The notes beneath the pieces were generated by a model. The model was not told where the DNA came from, did no database searches, and saw nothing but the letters and a program-made list of their open reading frames with translations. 64,000 nt of DNA, taken from Tricharina praecox (taxonomy: Eukaryota). A program made the position numbers and the translations under genes. The first letter of the stretch is position 1. Every line of letters starts with the position of its first letter. This document shows, piece by piece, positions 1 through 12,503 of this stretch. The stretch is from assembly GCF_024521635.1 (NCBI RefSeq), contig NW_026250403.1, positions 2,232,001 through 2,296,000 of the forward strand. Direction: 5' to 3'.

Positions 1-89
1 TCCTCCCTCCCCATCCTCCGCGCCCCCCTACCCCACCCCCTCCTCCCCGCCCCACCAGCGCCCTCAAGCACCAGCTAACAACCCCCCAG

Positions 90-335
90 GACCGGAACCT
101 AATCCTGCACATGACGAACGAGTTTCGCACACCCACTGCGCCCACAACCACTTCCGCCTCCCCTTCCACCGTCAGCGGCAGCAGCAGCAGCACGGCGGAA
201 CTAAAGAGCCGGTACATCGGCCTGGTGGTGATACCTGGACATGTCATTGTCAAGATTGAGCGCGAAGTTGAGGGTGACCGCGATGGCAGGAGGAGGCTGG
301 CTGCGCTGGGGATTGGGAGGGGTGGGTGGTGTTAG
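90..335 (+). CDS. 3' exon of an Sm/LSM-fold protein, probably NatC auxiliary subunit Mak31/Naa38 (5' part lies outside the window)
   Basis: Branch site GCTAAC then CAG ending at 89. The exon reads DRNLILHMTNEFR...SRYIGLVVIPGHVIVKIERE, matching Sm1-end and Sm2 motifs of Mak31/LSMD1-type proteins. Confidence 0.7.
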   Translation, partial: DRNLILHMTNEFRTPTAPTTTSASPSTVSGSSSSTAELKSRYIGLVVIPGHVIVKIEREVEGDRDGRRRLAALGIGRGGWC

Positions 336-1504
336 CGACGTGGCTTCATACGGGGCTACGGAGGTGGTTACGGGGTTGGATAGACACGGGCTTGAGAGGC
401 TCGGGAGTGGATGCTGCAGCGGGTGGTATGGATGTGCACCATACCTACTCTACATACAGACGTGACGACCGTGACGGCGATGGTAGTTACTCTACATACC
501 GGTACCGGGGGCTTGCACTCCGACTGTACACTGGCGCGGGCGCGCCAGCGGGTGGCTGTGTGCCGTTATCGGTTCCGCATGCAAACGGACTTTAATTCTA
601 CGATCTACGATCCACGGACCATAACTTCCTTCGGTATTCGGTGTTCGGTGTTCGGGCGAATGTACGGTATGTACATGCAAGAGATGTAGAGATGTAGAGA
701 CGGGGCGCGGATCGTCACGTGGGATCACTCGCGGGAGGACGGAATCGAAACGAAGTACCTACAGTGCTGGACACGGCAGAGAACTGCAGGTTTGTGGTTG
801 CCATACCTAGTCAGACAGGCCATATGTGACAGAATCGATGCTCTCTCTATCTCTCGCTGCAGAGAATCATACGGGCCAGTACATACCTCCAATGGCGAAG
901 AGCCACCCGCCGGAAGCCCGACGCCCGGTGCGAATGGCATCGCTCCAAGACCCAAACCCAGACCCGGACCCAAACGCGGGAGCACCCGCTCAAGTACTAC
1001 CCCAAGTGTACGAGCCAGGAAAAGATCCTATGGGCAAAGCCGCAGAGGTTCGGAAGGAGCAGTCGAGGAGCTTCCGGAGCTGAGCAGGCGTTTCCACTGT
1101 CCACTATCCAGCGGGATTCCGTGTATGTACATATGTGCACCGTGTCGAGCGGTGACGATACTTGTATAGTATAATAGCTTAAAATCGTTCTTTCGTTTTG
1201 GTAGAAGTAAGTATGTAGGCTGTGGCGCCGCAATGAATCGGAACTTTACGGTAGGTAGCTGGGTCTCCACCGAGACTGGGCAGGATAATCCCCCGCTGCA
1301 GAGAACAGTCCTATAGTAGAGATATGAAGCCACCCTCTCCCCGCATGCATTCGATTAACTATATCCAACCCTCCAACCTCCCCTCACCTGTGCGATGCGA
1401 TGCAACAGAACCAATCACCAAAGCAGACAACAAGTAAACAAGAACGCCTCCCAAATTCCAATCCACACCACTATGTACATGATATGCTAGAATTACATAC
1501 CACC

Positions 1505-3819
1505 CTACCCCATCAGCACCTGACAACCACAATCCTTCATCGCCTTCCTCCAATGCACCTCCCTCTCGCCCTTCCCAAACTGCATATCCAGGTGGTCCCT
1601 GACGTCCCACACCTCGCGGAGTATCCTCTCGGCAAAGCTCAGGACGCCATATGGCTCTAGATGCTGGACCCGGCGCACAAAGAAGTCCCTATGCTCCCTC
1701 GTCTCGGCGAGCGACCCGCCCACGAGCAGTGGCCAAACGATGCAGCGATCGCAGCCTATGGATCCAGTCGGTATCGTCTCTATCACCGCAACCAGCTCGC
1801 TTACGAACCCGCGGAACAGCTCCAGGTGCGGGCGAAAGCCGAGGCTGATACTCCAGATATGTATCCTAGTGGCGAGGACGAACGCGGCCGTGATGGCCTC
1901 GTGCGGCAGCAGCAGCACGCCGTACGACAGCGGCTCCGGCTCGGGCGTGCACGACGGCGACGGGTACGATATCACCGCGAGCGCGGCCGACGGCTTTGCC
2001 GGCGGCGGCGGCGGCGGCGGACTGCGCGCGCCGGTGCGCGGGGGTTGCGATGTCGGCAGGAACCGCGCGGGGTATGCTCGCACTAGGCGCTCGTCGACTT
2101 CCGTTGCCCACCGGTTCCACCATGTCATGTTTAGGCCTGGGGATTGGCTGAGCTGTTCCAGGCAGAGCGCCTCCGAGAGGAGGTAGAGCACCTCGTCTGC
2201 GACTCCAGTGAGAGATTGGAGGCGGAGGGCATGCAGCTGTTTTGGGGGGCGGGAGAGGAATTGGCGGTGGTTGGCCCACAGGCGGGGCGCGCTGCCCCGT
2301 GTGCAGGCTGCCATTATGTCCAGCCAGATTACTCGTTTGGTTTGGAACGTGCTGCTGGGGGTTTGTGAGGGGTTCTCGATGTAACCTAGTTTCACGAGCA
2401 ACTCGGCGGCGGCGCTCACGTGTATTTCCCATGACTGATGAGCAGCGTTGATCTGTACAGCACGAGAATGGCAGTCAGTAAACGGCTACTCGGCCTGGCT
2501 GGGAATGACTTGAACAGCTAAGTACCCGCTTGGACAACGACGAACCTCGAAATTTAGAACGCCCAAGATGTTGGCCAGGGTATCGCCTGTTGGTCCGGCC
2601 TCGAGCTCTTTGGTCAGCCCTTGAAAGACCAACACGTTGTACTCCGCGATCTCCGTCTGCAATCGTAACACCTCGTGGCTGGAGTTCTGAGCCCGCGCTA
2701 CGTTGGAGAGGTGTAGCAATCCGCTGTTGATGCACGCATATAGGAATGTCCTGTTCATCTGGCAGCGCGGGACCAAAACAAACTGTATGAGTCGGGAAAT
2801 CTCGGACTCGGGCATGCCGCGGTACGTGTAGGCGCACACATCATAGATGTAGTGTTTCAACAGTCGGATCTCGCGGCGGTTTTTGAAAGGGATGAAGGAG
2901 ACCAGGAACGGATCCAGCGATTGCGTGGGTATCAGTCGGTTCTCGGGCGGCGATGATAGGCGTCGGCTTAAACTGCGTTCGCTGCGCGTCTCTTCCTTTA
3001 GTGGTGACGGTGAGCGGACGGTGACTGTTGAGCTTGTTGCCGACGGTCGTCTGGCGAGTCCAATGGTCCCGGGATTGGAAGGTTCCGAACTGCTCGCGTC
3101 GAGTACCGGGAAACCCTCCTCGTCGTCTTCATCCTCCCATGCGCCGTCCTCCTCCTCATCCTCCTCATTCTCGTCCAAAGTCTGAGGCGGCTCCTGCTTC
3201 ACCTCGTCCCAGCCCTCTCCCTTATCCTCGTTCGGCTCTGCTGTAGCAGAAGCGGTGGCCACGCTGTCGCCCTCATCGTCCATTTCCACCACCACCTCCT
3301 TTTTCGCCTTCCCCTTCCCCTCCGCGCCCGTCGCCATATCCATCTTCCTCCTCCGCCTCCTCTTCCTCTTCCCCATCTGTGTCTTGATCTCAACCTTCTT
3401 CTGCCGCGCCTTCTCCGGATCCTTCATATACGCCGGTTGGGGCTCAGTCGCCTCGTCGCACTGTATCCGCAGCGCACAACACTGATTACACACAGGCCGC
3501 ACTTCGTCGCATTTCTTCTTTCGGAAGCGGCACGTCCAGCATCCTACATCGCTCGGGCCGGGGCGGGTCAACGGCGATGGCTCAACAAACGGAGAGGGGA
3601 TAGATTACCTGTGCGGCTGCGGAGATACTGCGGGGGTCCTCCTGCTGGGCCTGGCATTGCGGTGGGCGTCGGCGGCGGCGGCGGCAACGGTGGTGGTTGT
3701 GTTTGTGGGGGGAAGGGGGGGGACGGGGACGACGCGATGTTTCCCGCTCCTCCCTTGTCTCGCAGTTTGCCACTATCGTGCCGCGGCTGAGATTGATCTC
3801 GATTGCTCTCTTCCGCCAT
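1505..3819 (-). CDS. Zn(II)2Cys6 fungal transcription factor with C-terminal fungal TF domain (Pro1-like class)
   Basis: Exons 3819-3609, 3543-2546, 2452-1505. Splicing restores [33 protein letters not shown]. The C-terminus has WLDIMAA and IVWPLLVGGS motifs. Confidence 0.88.
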
Positions 3820-5058
3820 GTCTACTAAAACTACTCTGTCCAGTTGCGATGATGGGCCGTTTTAGGAAAGTAACTGCGTAGAGCGGCGTAATTATTTGGT
3901 TAGTGGCTGCCTGTCATTCATTCATCGCATTCTCCGCACGCATAAAAAGGCAACATACAGATATCGCAACCATCACTGTGCGCAGGCCAACTCCTATCCT
4001 CCGATGATCCGTTCTTTCGTTCAATGTCGGCGTATAATAGTGGAGGGGGGCGAGAGAGAGGTGTAGCAACAACAAATTCCTTAACCAGGTACTTATCTGC
4101 GGGACTAGGCAGAGCACCAGCCGCAAATCTATCGTAATGCAGCAGGCATGGATGGGCGGTGGGATCGCGGCAAGCAAATATCGGCACGCGTTAAGCCCCT
4201 CAATACTCGGCAAACCAAGTCGAAAGCCCGTATCATGTGGCCTAGGGCTGAAAAGATCTCAAAGCACAGACCCCCCTCACAGCCGGAGCCCGAGCCCGAG
4301 CCCGAGCTGGATTAATCGCCGTGAGCAACGTGAGGCCATCGGTCATATTTCGCCACTGCCAAAGAGGAGATACATCGAGATCGCTCTCTTCACCGGCATT
4401 TCATGCACGTTAAGTGGGCCCAGACCTGGGACTACGAGTGATGAATTATGTACTTCTGCAGAGCTCTTTCCGACGGCCTCTAGGGAAGTACCTATGGGCA
4501 AGTAAGTATTGAATGATGCCTATGGGGAGCAATTCAAGACGACTGAAGTAAAGGGATGTCCAGCGTCCCAGATATCACACTCTATGCGCCTATCTGCTAG
4601 CTTTTGAAACAAGCAACATCCCGAAGCCAACAGCCACCATCCACTGATCCTCGTTAGTGTGATCTAGCTCAATGGACTCTCCAGATGAACGGTTGGCACC
4701 CCCCACGACCTTTGAAGACGCTCATCGACTTGACACATCTCTAAATTGGGCTGCGGACATGACTTGTTTCTCTGATCGCCTTTTGTATGATGCAAGAAAC
4801 AGCCACTATCGATTGCCATCCATTCCCAAGTCCATTATCCCGGACCAATTGCTGAGCTGCATAAGCCGAAAGAAAGGGCGAAAAAGAAAGCGTGCCGTCA
4901 CATTCAAGTGGGTTGATTAGTTGCAGTGTTGCTCGAAATGCTTGCTTTCTGGGAAATCGTTCATGCAAAAACCAAAGACTAAAAAGACAACACCTGGAGA
5001 AACAAAAGACCCATTTTATTTTATATTCTCCATGATCAGCTCCCAAAGTACCACAAAT

Positions 5059-5831
5059 TTAGAACTTGTTGAACGACTTGACAGCCTTTCCGGTGCGGGG
5101 AAGGACACGGAGAACGTTGAAACGGACCTGTGATCACTAATTAGCTTCGAGATTGCGGGCGGGTGCGCACAGAGAGCACATACAGTCTTGCTCAGCGGCC
5201 TGCACTGTCCGACGGTCACCTGGTCACCCTCCTCAACACGGAAAGCCGGCGAAACGTGGGCCGAGATGTTCTTGTGTCTCTTCTCGTAACGGTTGTACTT
5301 GGGAACGTAGTGGAGGTAGTCCCGACGGATGACGAGAGTGCGGTGCATCTTGGTAGACACAACGGTACCGGTCAAGATACGTCCACGGATGGAGACGAGA
5401 CCAGTGAAGGGACACTTCTTGTCTATCGTGCGTGAGATCAGATTAGCAACAAGTTCAAGCCGTGCATGACTAGCCAGGTCTGAGCTATCTGGCGAGGGCT
5501 CGAGCTGGTGGATTTCAATCCACCGCTGCATAGGACACCAAAAATCGATGTCCCGAGCTCTCCTGCCCATCTCCTTCCCAGCTCTTTCATCTCCAGCTCT
5601 TCCAGCTCTTCCACCACCCAATATCCCTCCACAAGCAGACTACGGGGACAAACCAATGAAGGTGCCCTCAATGGCGGTCTTGGGGGTCTTGAAACCCAGA
5701 CCGACGTCCTTGTACCATCTCCTTCCTCCCTTTCCAACTCTGCGCTTAGCGGAGCGGACCTTCTGGGCGGTGAAGATATGCGGCTGCTTCTGGAAAGCAC
5801 GCTCGGACTGGACGGTAAGCTCGGTGGCCAT
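5059..5831 (-). CDS. RPS11: 40S ribosomal protein S11 (uS17)
   Basis: Exons 5831-5654, 5422-5184, 5127-5059. [18 protein letters not shown]...[17 protein letters not shown]...[15 protein letters not shown]. Confidence 0.97.
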
Positions 5832-6026
5832 GGCTGCGTCGGTGGTCGGTCGTTAGGGGTCGATCGTGGGTGCTGACGGGATTTGTCGTTTGGCGCGCGT
5901 TGACAGTCGTGGATTCGTATTGATTTTTGCTAAACCTAACGGCTCTGCGGGCGACGGTGCGATGGTGCGAGTGTGCGATTGTGGGATCGGTTGTGGGACT
6001 GCTCTCTTTTCGCTTAATTTCAAGAG

Positions 6027-6034
6027 TTAGGGCT
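6027..6034. promoter_or_regulatory. TTAGGGCT Tbf1-like ribosomal-protein promoter element upstream of RPS11
   Basis: Matches the TTAGGGCT(A) element known from fungal RP promoters and lies about 200 bp upstream of the RPS11 ATG. Motif match only. Confidence 0.45.
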
Positions 6035-6385
6035 CGAGAAAAGCTTGGCGGGGCGGGCCTGACATGAGCAAGCACTCGAGTATTCTGCCAAGACACTGGA
6101 TCTCAAAACCACTTTTGCGGTGGCTTTTTTTTCAGAGAGAGAAGTTGCATCGTCTCTCTATATGAACAGCTGCTGCTGAATTCTCCATGCACATTGGCGG
6201 TGTCTACTGACAACATCTCTACTCGAGTTAAAGAATTCTGGATGAGCCTGCTGAATGTGATAGATATGTGCGCGTTCACGATGCTCGTAATAGCTCACTT
6301 ACCATTCTCTATATGTTTGTGAAATATTTGTTGTGATGAGAATTCTGCGAAACTCTGAGCTTGGTGAAGGTGGGAGATGCCCTTC

Positions 6386-6577
6386 ACGCGTAGGTATCTG
6401 GGCCTGTGACATCGTTCATTGCGACCATGCTGGTTTGGCTTGGCTCCCGAAAACGTAAACAAACAACAACGACTGGCGCGACTCTCCCCCTAACTGCAGA
6501 ACCACCCCCACTAGAGGACAACTACCCCGACAGTACCTACAAAACCAACTCCACTCCGAAAGCTATCCGTTTACGCG
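6386..6577 (+). promoter_or_regulatory. Cell-cycle promoter motifs upstream of SPC105: MCB and forkhead
   Basis: ACGCGT at 6386-6391, GTAAACAA at 6455-6462 and ACGCG at 6573-6577. Motif match only. Confidence 0.4.
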
Positions 6578-6652
6578 CACTCGGATGCCAGTCGTGTCTT
6601 CACAATAAGCTACATCTTACTCGCACTCGGCAAGCGCGCAACTCTATCTACA

Positions 6653-9600
6653 ATGTCCGACCCATCTCGCCCTCGACGGTCCCGCAAATCAATCGCCTTC
6701 CAGCCTAACGCCTCTGGAAGCAACAAGAGTGCTGCCGCTCCGGCACCAGAGGCACCAGCGAAAAGCACAAGAAAGACGCGTTCGAAGTCGCTGGGTCCTG
6801 GAGGACTGGACGCGCTCAACGCTGCGGAGGGCAGGAAAGACGTGCTGAAGAGCGGCAACGGGAATGGACGGCGCGAATCTGTTGGTCCTCCTAAACTGCT
6901 ATGCCTGATAATGACCTGAGTATTCTAAAATTTGCGTAGATAGCACCTGCAGTCAGGTCCATCTTGAAACCGACATTACCAGTCTCACCGCCCAAAGAGA
7001 TACCCGCCCACAGACCTCGAACACAGCTGCGCGGTGCACCTGCCGTGCCGCCTACACCCGCTACATCTCAGCCAAGTAGTATATTCCAACCTCCACCATT
7101 GCAACCTACACAGCCTGCGGCGTCAACAATTCCTTTACGCACGGAGGAGGAACAACAGCGCAGGGCCGAAATTCTTGCGCAGCGAGCAGCTCGGCGACAG
7201 TCTATGGGCAATCGTCGCGTCTCCTTTGCGCCAGAGGCTACCCTGCACACTTGGGACGTGGTTGATTACTATCCCGGCGATGGCAGCTCGACGCCTGGTT
7301 CATCGGCAGGTGGATCATCCAGGGCTTCTACTCCCGCGAGCAATCGGCGGAGCAGCAGCGGTTCGATAGCCGACGTGCAGGCGACACCAACACCACCATC
7401 AATGGAAACTCCTTCGACACCGCAGCAGTCTGAGGATGCACCGGCAACACCGAGCACGGAGAATCAAAAACGGAATCGTCGCGCGTCCGTAGCCAAGACA
7501 CCTTCTCCGAACTTCACCAACCCCGATGAGCAAATTATGTCATCCAGTCCTTTGTCGTCAACAGCTGGGGACGAGACCGAATTCGTCGAGGATGAGGATG
7601 AGGGCAGCCACAGCGACAGCGACAGCACGGATTCCATCGACGATGATATGGCTCCTGGCGACAGGACTTTCGTTTCAAATGCTGGAGACACAACAATGGG
7701 TGAAGGTGACATGGATTTCGACGATGATGACGAGACTGTTAGACAGCCCATTTTCAAGAAGCCAATGCAGTGGACTTTCGAAGGTGCACCTGAAGACGAC
7801 GATAACGTGCTGTCCTTACCGCCAGCTGCCAAGACAGAGGCTCCGGTCGTTATTGTGGAAGAAACTGAGGAAGGCGATAAAACTATGGATGTCACTCGAG
7901 TCATTGGCGGGCTGCTCTCCACCTCCACCTCGAGCCTAGAGAAACCGAAATTCTCGTTCTCACCGAAAACGCCTGAGAAGATCGATGATGAGGACGACGA
8001 GGGCGGTGAGATGACGATGGAGATGACACGTCCTGTCGGCGGTCTTCTTGGTACTCGCCCTCCGATCCAGCAATCCCAGCCGAATGAGGAGGAAGAGGAA
8101 GATGATGAAGATGGAATGGACTTCACTCGACCTGTCGGTGGAATCCTGGGCACTGCCAACAGGGCTGCTGCAAAGCCACAACCCATGGCTGCCGACGACG
8201 AAGGCATGACCATGGATATGGATATGACACGCCCAATCGGTGGGATCTTGAGCGGCATTAGTGGTATGGCTAGCAGGCTTGGGAAGAGTATTGGATTCGG
8301 CAGGCCGCAACAACAGCCACAACAACAGCAACAGCAGCAACAACAGTCGGACGATGCGGATATGACAATGGACATGGACATGACCCGACCGATAGGTGGT
8401 ATCCTTTTGGCAGTTCAGGCTGGTAATCAGGATAGAACACGATCCTCATCACCAACCTCCGAAGTCGACATGAACGAAGATATGACCATGGAATTTACGT
8501 CTGTTCTTGGTGGAATCGTCAATCAGGCACCCAAGGAGAAGGGCCGGAGAAGAAGCTCCACCGGCACAGGACGGCGAGGAGGCTTGCTGATGGGTGGAGA
8601 TCAGTGGGCTAAAGACCAGGCGCAAAAGCACTTTTCCTATGACAAGCAGGAAGAGGAAGAGGAAGACGATATGGATATGACGATGGCCGTTGGGGGTATC
8701 CTTTCAGCCGCCGCGGCCACGAGCAAGGCAAAAGACGTCTCATCCGGTTCCCTCGCATATCCTACGCTGGATGCACCCGCCACGGAAAAATCCGTAGAAT
8801 CGGTTACATACCCAACACTGCCTGAAGTTAAGGAAGACGTTGACGACAATGAGGACTTTCCCATGGAAATGACGGTTAACGTGGGACGAATCTTGCAAGG
8901 CCAGCCAGAAGTTGCTAAGTCATCTTCGAATCTTATTCCGAAGGAGCAACCCACTGCGGAAAAGAAAGAGGAAATCATCTCTGTTCCCCCGGTCGATCGT
9001 GTGTTAAAACAGGTCGATTCACCGACGCCTCGCAACAAACGGGCTACGAGGAAGTCTACAGGTGCTGCTGCAGTCCCCACCATCACACCAAGAGTTACTC
9101 GAGGCGCTCAACGCAAGTCGTTGGAGCTTCAACTAGAATCGGTAACCAAGTCTTCTCCCGCGCAAGCCCCGACTCCTGAGGAACCATCTCCAGAGCAGCA
9201 GACAACTCTAGCTCAGACAAGGCCAGCTAGGAAGTCGAAGACGCCCCAACAGAAGCCGTCAACTCCAAAAACTGCTTCCAAGAAAAAGGCTTCCACTCCC
9301 ACGGCTCTCCAGCCTGACTTGAAAACCGAGAAATCGCTGCTGAAAACACCAAAGGCTCCTACGGAATTAGAGTCAATCCCTTCTGCTAGTTCCTCCTTCT
9401 CTCCCATCACCCCCATGCGTTTCGGTCTCCAGACTACCATTACTCCCATCCGGACACCTCTCAGGGGCGTCGGAATCAACAAACCTGGTATGGGATCTCC
9501 TGCCATTGCCGAAGCGCTGTCTCGACGCAAATCTATCGGTGAGGATGCTTTGGCATTTTCGCCTATTGCAACGCCTAGTGCTCTGCTTGCACTTTCACGA

Positions 9601-11532
9601 CAAGATAACGAGAAGAGAGAACACGAGGAGAAAGAAGCGAACAAGCGCCGGGAAGAGGCAGAGAAGAAGCTGGATCTGATGAGCAAGATTCAATTGCTCA
9701 CGCCTAGCAAGCGCGGAGGAAGAATGAGTCTTGCCGTGGGATCACTGGGTCCTGTGAAGAGGCGCTTTGAGACTACAGATGAAAGCGATAGAAAGAGACG
9801 AAAGAGTATGGATGGAATTGGTATCGTGGCTGAAGAGGAAGGGCAAAAGGAACCCATCGACTTTCAGAAGCCTCTTGTCAAGTTACCAGGAAGCGCGAAG
9901 AAACGCACTCCGAAGAAGGCTACTCCGAAAAAGTCAGTGACTCCACCGGACGAGTCCACTACTCCCTCGAAGACCCGAACAGCGCACACCAAGCCTTCTC
10001 AACCTCCTCCACAGGTCCATGCGGTGAAGTTTGGTGACGATGTTGTCATGAAAGATGAAGATGACGAGGAGGGAGAGGAGGATCCTAATGACAATAGTTG
10101 GATCCCCGAAGACCTTACACTCCATGACTTCCTCGAGATGATTGGTGTGTCGTTCCTGGACGACCTCAAAGCCACCGCAAAGCGTCGTCATACCGGTTTC
10201 CCCACCAGTCAGCGATCGTACGGTGAAGAGGCGACTTTGACGGCTCGGATCAAGGCGGGCGCCGGTACATTCCCAATGCTCAACGTATATCAACATGGCT
10301 GCCACGAATTGGACAAGTACATTGCAGATGGCAACGAGATCATGAACACCATCGAGGATATCATCCACGATGGACCTGCGGTGCTCCGAGACTACCTCAA
10401 TGCTCCGATTGATGTGAAGAACATCATGGACATCCAGTTCAGGAACAACAAAACCCATGCCCGTCTCGTGGCCAAGAAGGAGTGGTATACGTGGCGCCAG
10501 GTGCTTCTTACTGGCGTCCAGGCTATCCTGAAAGAGAACCTTGAAGGCCTCAAGTCGGATGAACAAACAGTGAAGGCGCTTTCACAAGAAGTGGCATCTC
10601 ACCTACCGGAGCTCAAGCAAGCCTGGGAACAAGCGAAATACGAACTTCAGAAGCTGGAAGAGGTGAAGCGGCGAGTTGAAGTAGACGACCAGGATGAACT
10701 TGTGGCTGCTCGATCGCAACTTTCCTCAATGTCCCAAGACATCGCAACGGCACGCGTCCAGGCAGCGGAGAAACGACAAGAGTCGGAGAACCTTGCCGCG
10801 GCGATCAAGAAGAAAGAGGCACGGAAGGCTGAGTTGGTCGCCTCTATCGAAGAGGCGGAGCGCATCAAGGAGATGAATCGCGGCTGGAGCGAGAAGGAAG
10901 TCGACACTTGGAAGTCGCGCTGCGACGACCTCGAAGCGAAACACGGATGGCGCATGTCGAAAGCCCTCGAGAACGGACTTCTGGAGATGGAATACTTGCG
11001 GGAGATCCAGCTCGTATGCGACCCGGCAGGTAATGTCGCGCCAGTGGTCAAATACATCCGGATGGCTGCCCAGAAGGCGACAGATCCCGAGCCTATTGCA
11101 GCTCTCGAGGCGGATTTTTTTATCAACGGTCTCAACTCGGTTCTTTCCAAGAAACGGGACCTCCCGGTCATACTCCAAAGCGTCGGTAGTTACTGGAAGG
11201 TAGTGCTGGGTGTGATAGACAACATTCGTCGCCTCCGGTCACGGCATTATACTGAGATTGCTATCTCCGAGGGTGGGGATTTGCAAGTCACAGCGACAGT
11301 CGTCGTGACCGAGCTGCGGAGCAAGATGGCGATTTCCTTTACAGTTGCGAAGGAGAGTCTTACATACCAGGCGGTCGACGTTCGGGTTGTCTACGGAGCG
11401 GTAGCACAGAAGGTGGTGCAGAAGATGCTATCGGACTCAGTCGACGAGTGGAAGGAGGGTGTGGCGGACGTAGTGGCGCAATGTATCGAGGGTCGAAGAA
11501 GAGGTGGTGTTGTTGTCGGTGTTAAGGGGTGA
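6653..11532 (+). CDS. SPC105: Outer kinetochore scaffold Spc105/Spc7/KNL1
   Basis: Exons 6653-6880 and 6940-11532. SILK and RRVSF PP1-docking motifs, about 8 MELT-like M[DE][MFV]T..GGIL repeats, and C-terminal coiled coil/Spc7 region (LHDFLEMIGVSFL). Confidence 0.93.
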
Positions 11533-12503
11533 ACGGTCTTTTTCATGCGGTTGTCTGTTTTGCGGTTGTCTGTTTTGCGGTTTCTTCGCTTATTGGAGTC
11601 GAGTTCAATTTTGGTTTATGGATGTCATTTCCGTTCTTTCCTTCATGATGCGGGGTTTAGTTTGGCGGGGGTTCATTGTAATTGGAAGCTTTCTTTTGGT
11701 TTACGATCACGCAAATATTTACCTTCGCATGAGTTTTAGTTGAAAAAGTACTTGTTTGTGTGGAATACGTAAGGGTGAAGCAGTTTGCGATTGACTTGAG
11801 ATAACTGGTTGACGCGATGAGGCGAATGCAGGTCTATGAGTATCCGAGGGTGGTGCAGCGGAGCGGAACTTTCGGTGTCCGGAGGTTTAGAACTGGTGAT
11901 CTCTGATGAAGGTATGTATGTGCTCGTGTGTGGAAACTCGGCAGTCATCATAGTTCGAATGAGACAGTAGTGACGGCGGATGCCGTCCTTTCGTTTACTC
12001 CGCGCGGATTTGTCGGGTTGTGACATCATCCGTCCACCCTTGCCAGGGCCGCCTGCCTGCTCCCTCGGGCCTTGCGTCATTCCCAATACCCTTGGATGTC
12101 CGCGCCTTCTCGATATCCACAACGACGATTGATGTGCGACACCTTTGTCTATCTCCACGCATCAGGCTATCGTCTGGACCTGATTCTGATATCCATTCAA
12201 AAACCTCTGCTCGTCCTCTTGTCTACTTACTACCACTTCCTTCCATATTCCAATCCGGTTCCCACACGATTTCCATCCCATACAACCACCCTGCCGCAAC
12301 GTCTCGCCACTTCACCGAATCGGCAAGCAAACAATAAAAACATCCCTACCTAACCCTACTTACCTACTTTCCCCGGATGTACGTATATGAACCTACCCGG
12401 TGCCGCTGTGCGATCTTCATCGTCTCGTCAAGCTCATCGTCGTCCTTCTCCTACAGTGCATCACAAACCTCAACGAAAATACATTAACGCATCACACCTC
12501 AAG

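Noticed and set aside
1661-2432. Long antisense and alternative-frame ORFs over GC-rich genes (also over SPC105, MAP1, OSH, kinesin and thiolase)
   Set aside because: Shadow ORFs from codon bias, with no recognisable domains.
4438-4546. Possible box C/D snoRNA (GTGATGA...ATGATGC...CTGA)
   Set aside because: No convincing terminal stem and no rRNA-antisense guide of 10 nt or more next to D or D' that I can recognise. AGAGCTCTTTC matches 18S in the sense direction only.
6104-6132. Hairpin followed by a T-run resembling a bacterial terminator
   Set aside because: Eukaryotic promoter context and a weak stem, so probably chance.
6334-6358. GTGATGA-GAATTCTGC...CTGA with short 5.8S complementarity
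   Set aside because: The complementarity ends too far from the D box and there is no good upstream C box or terminal stem.
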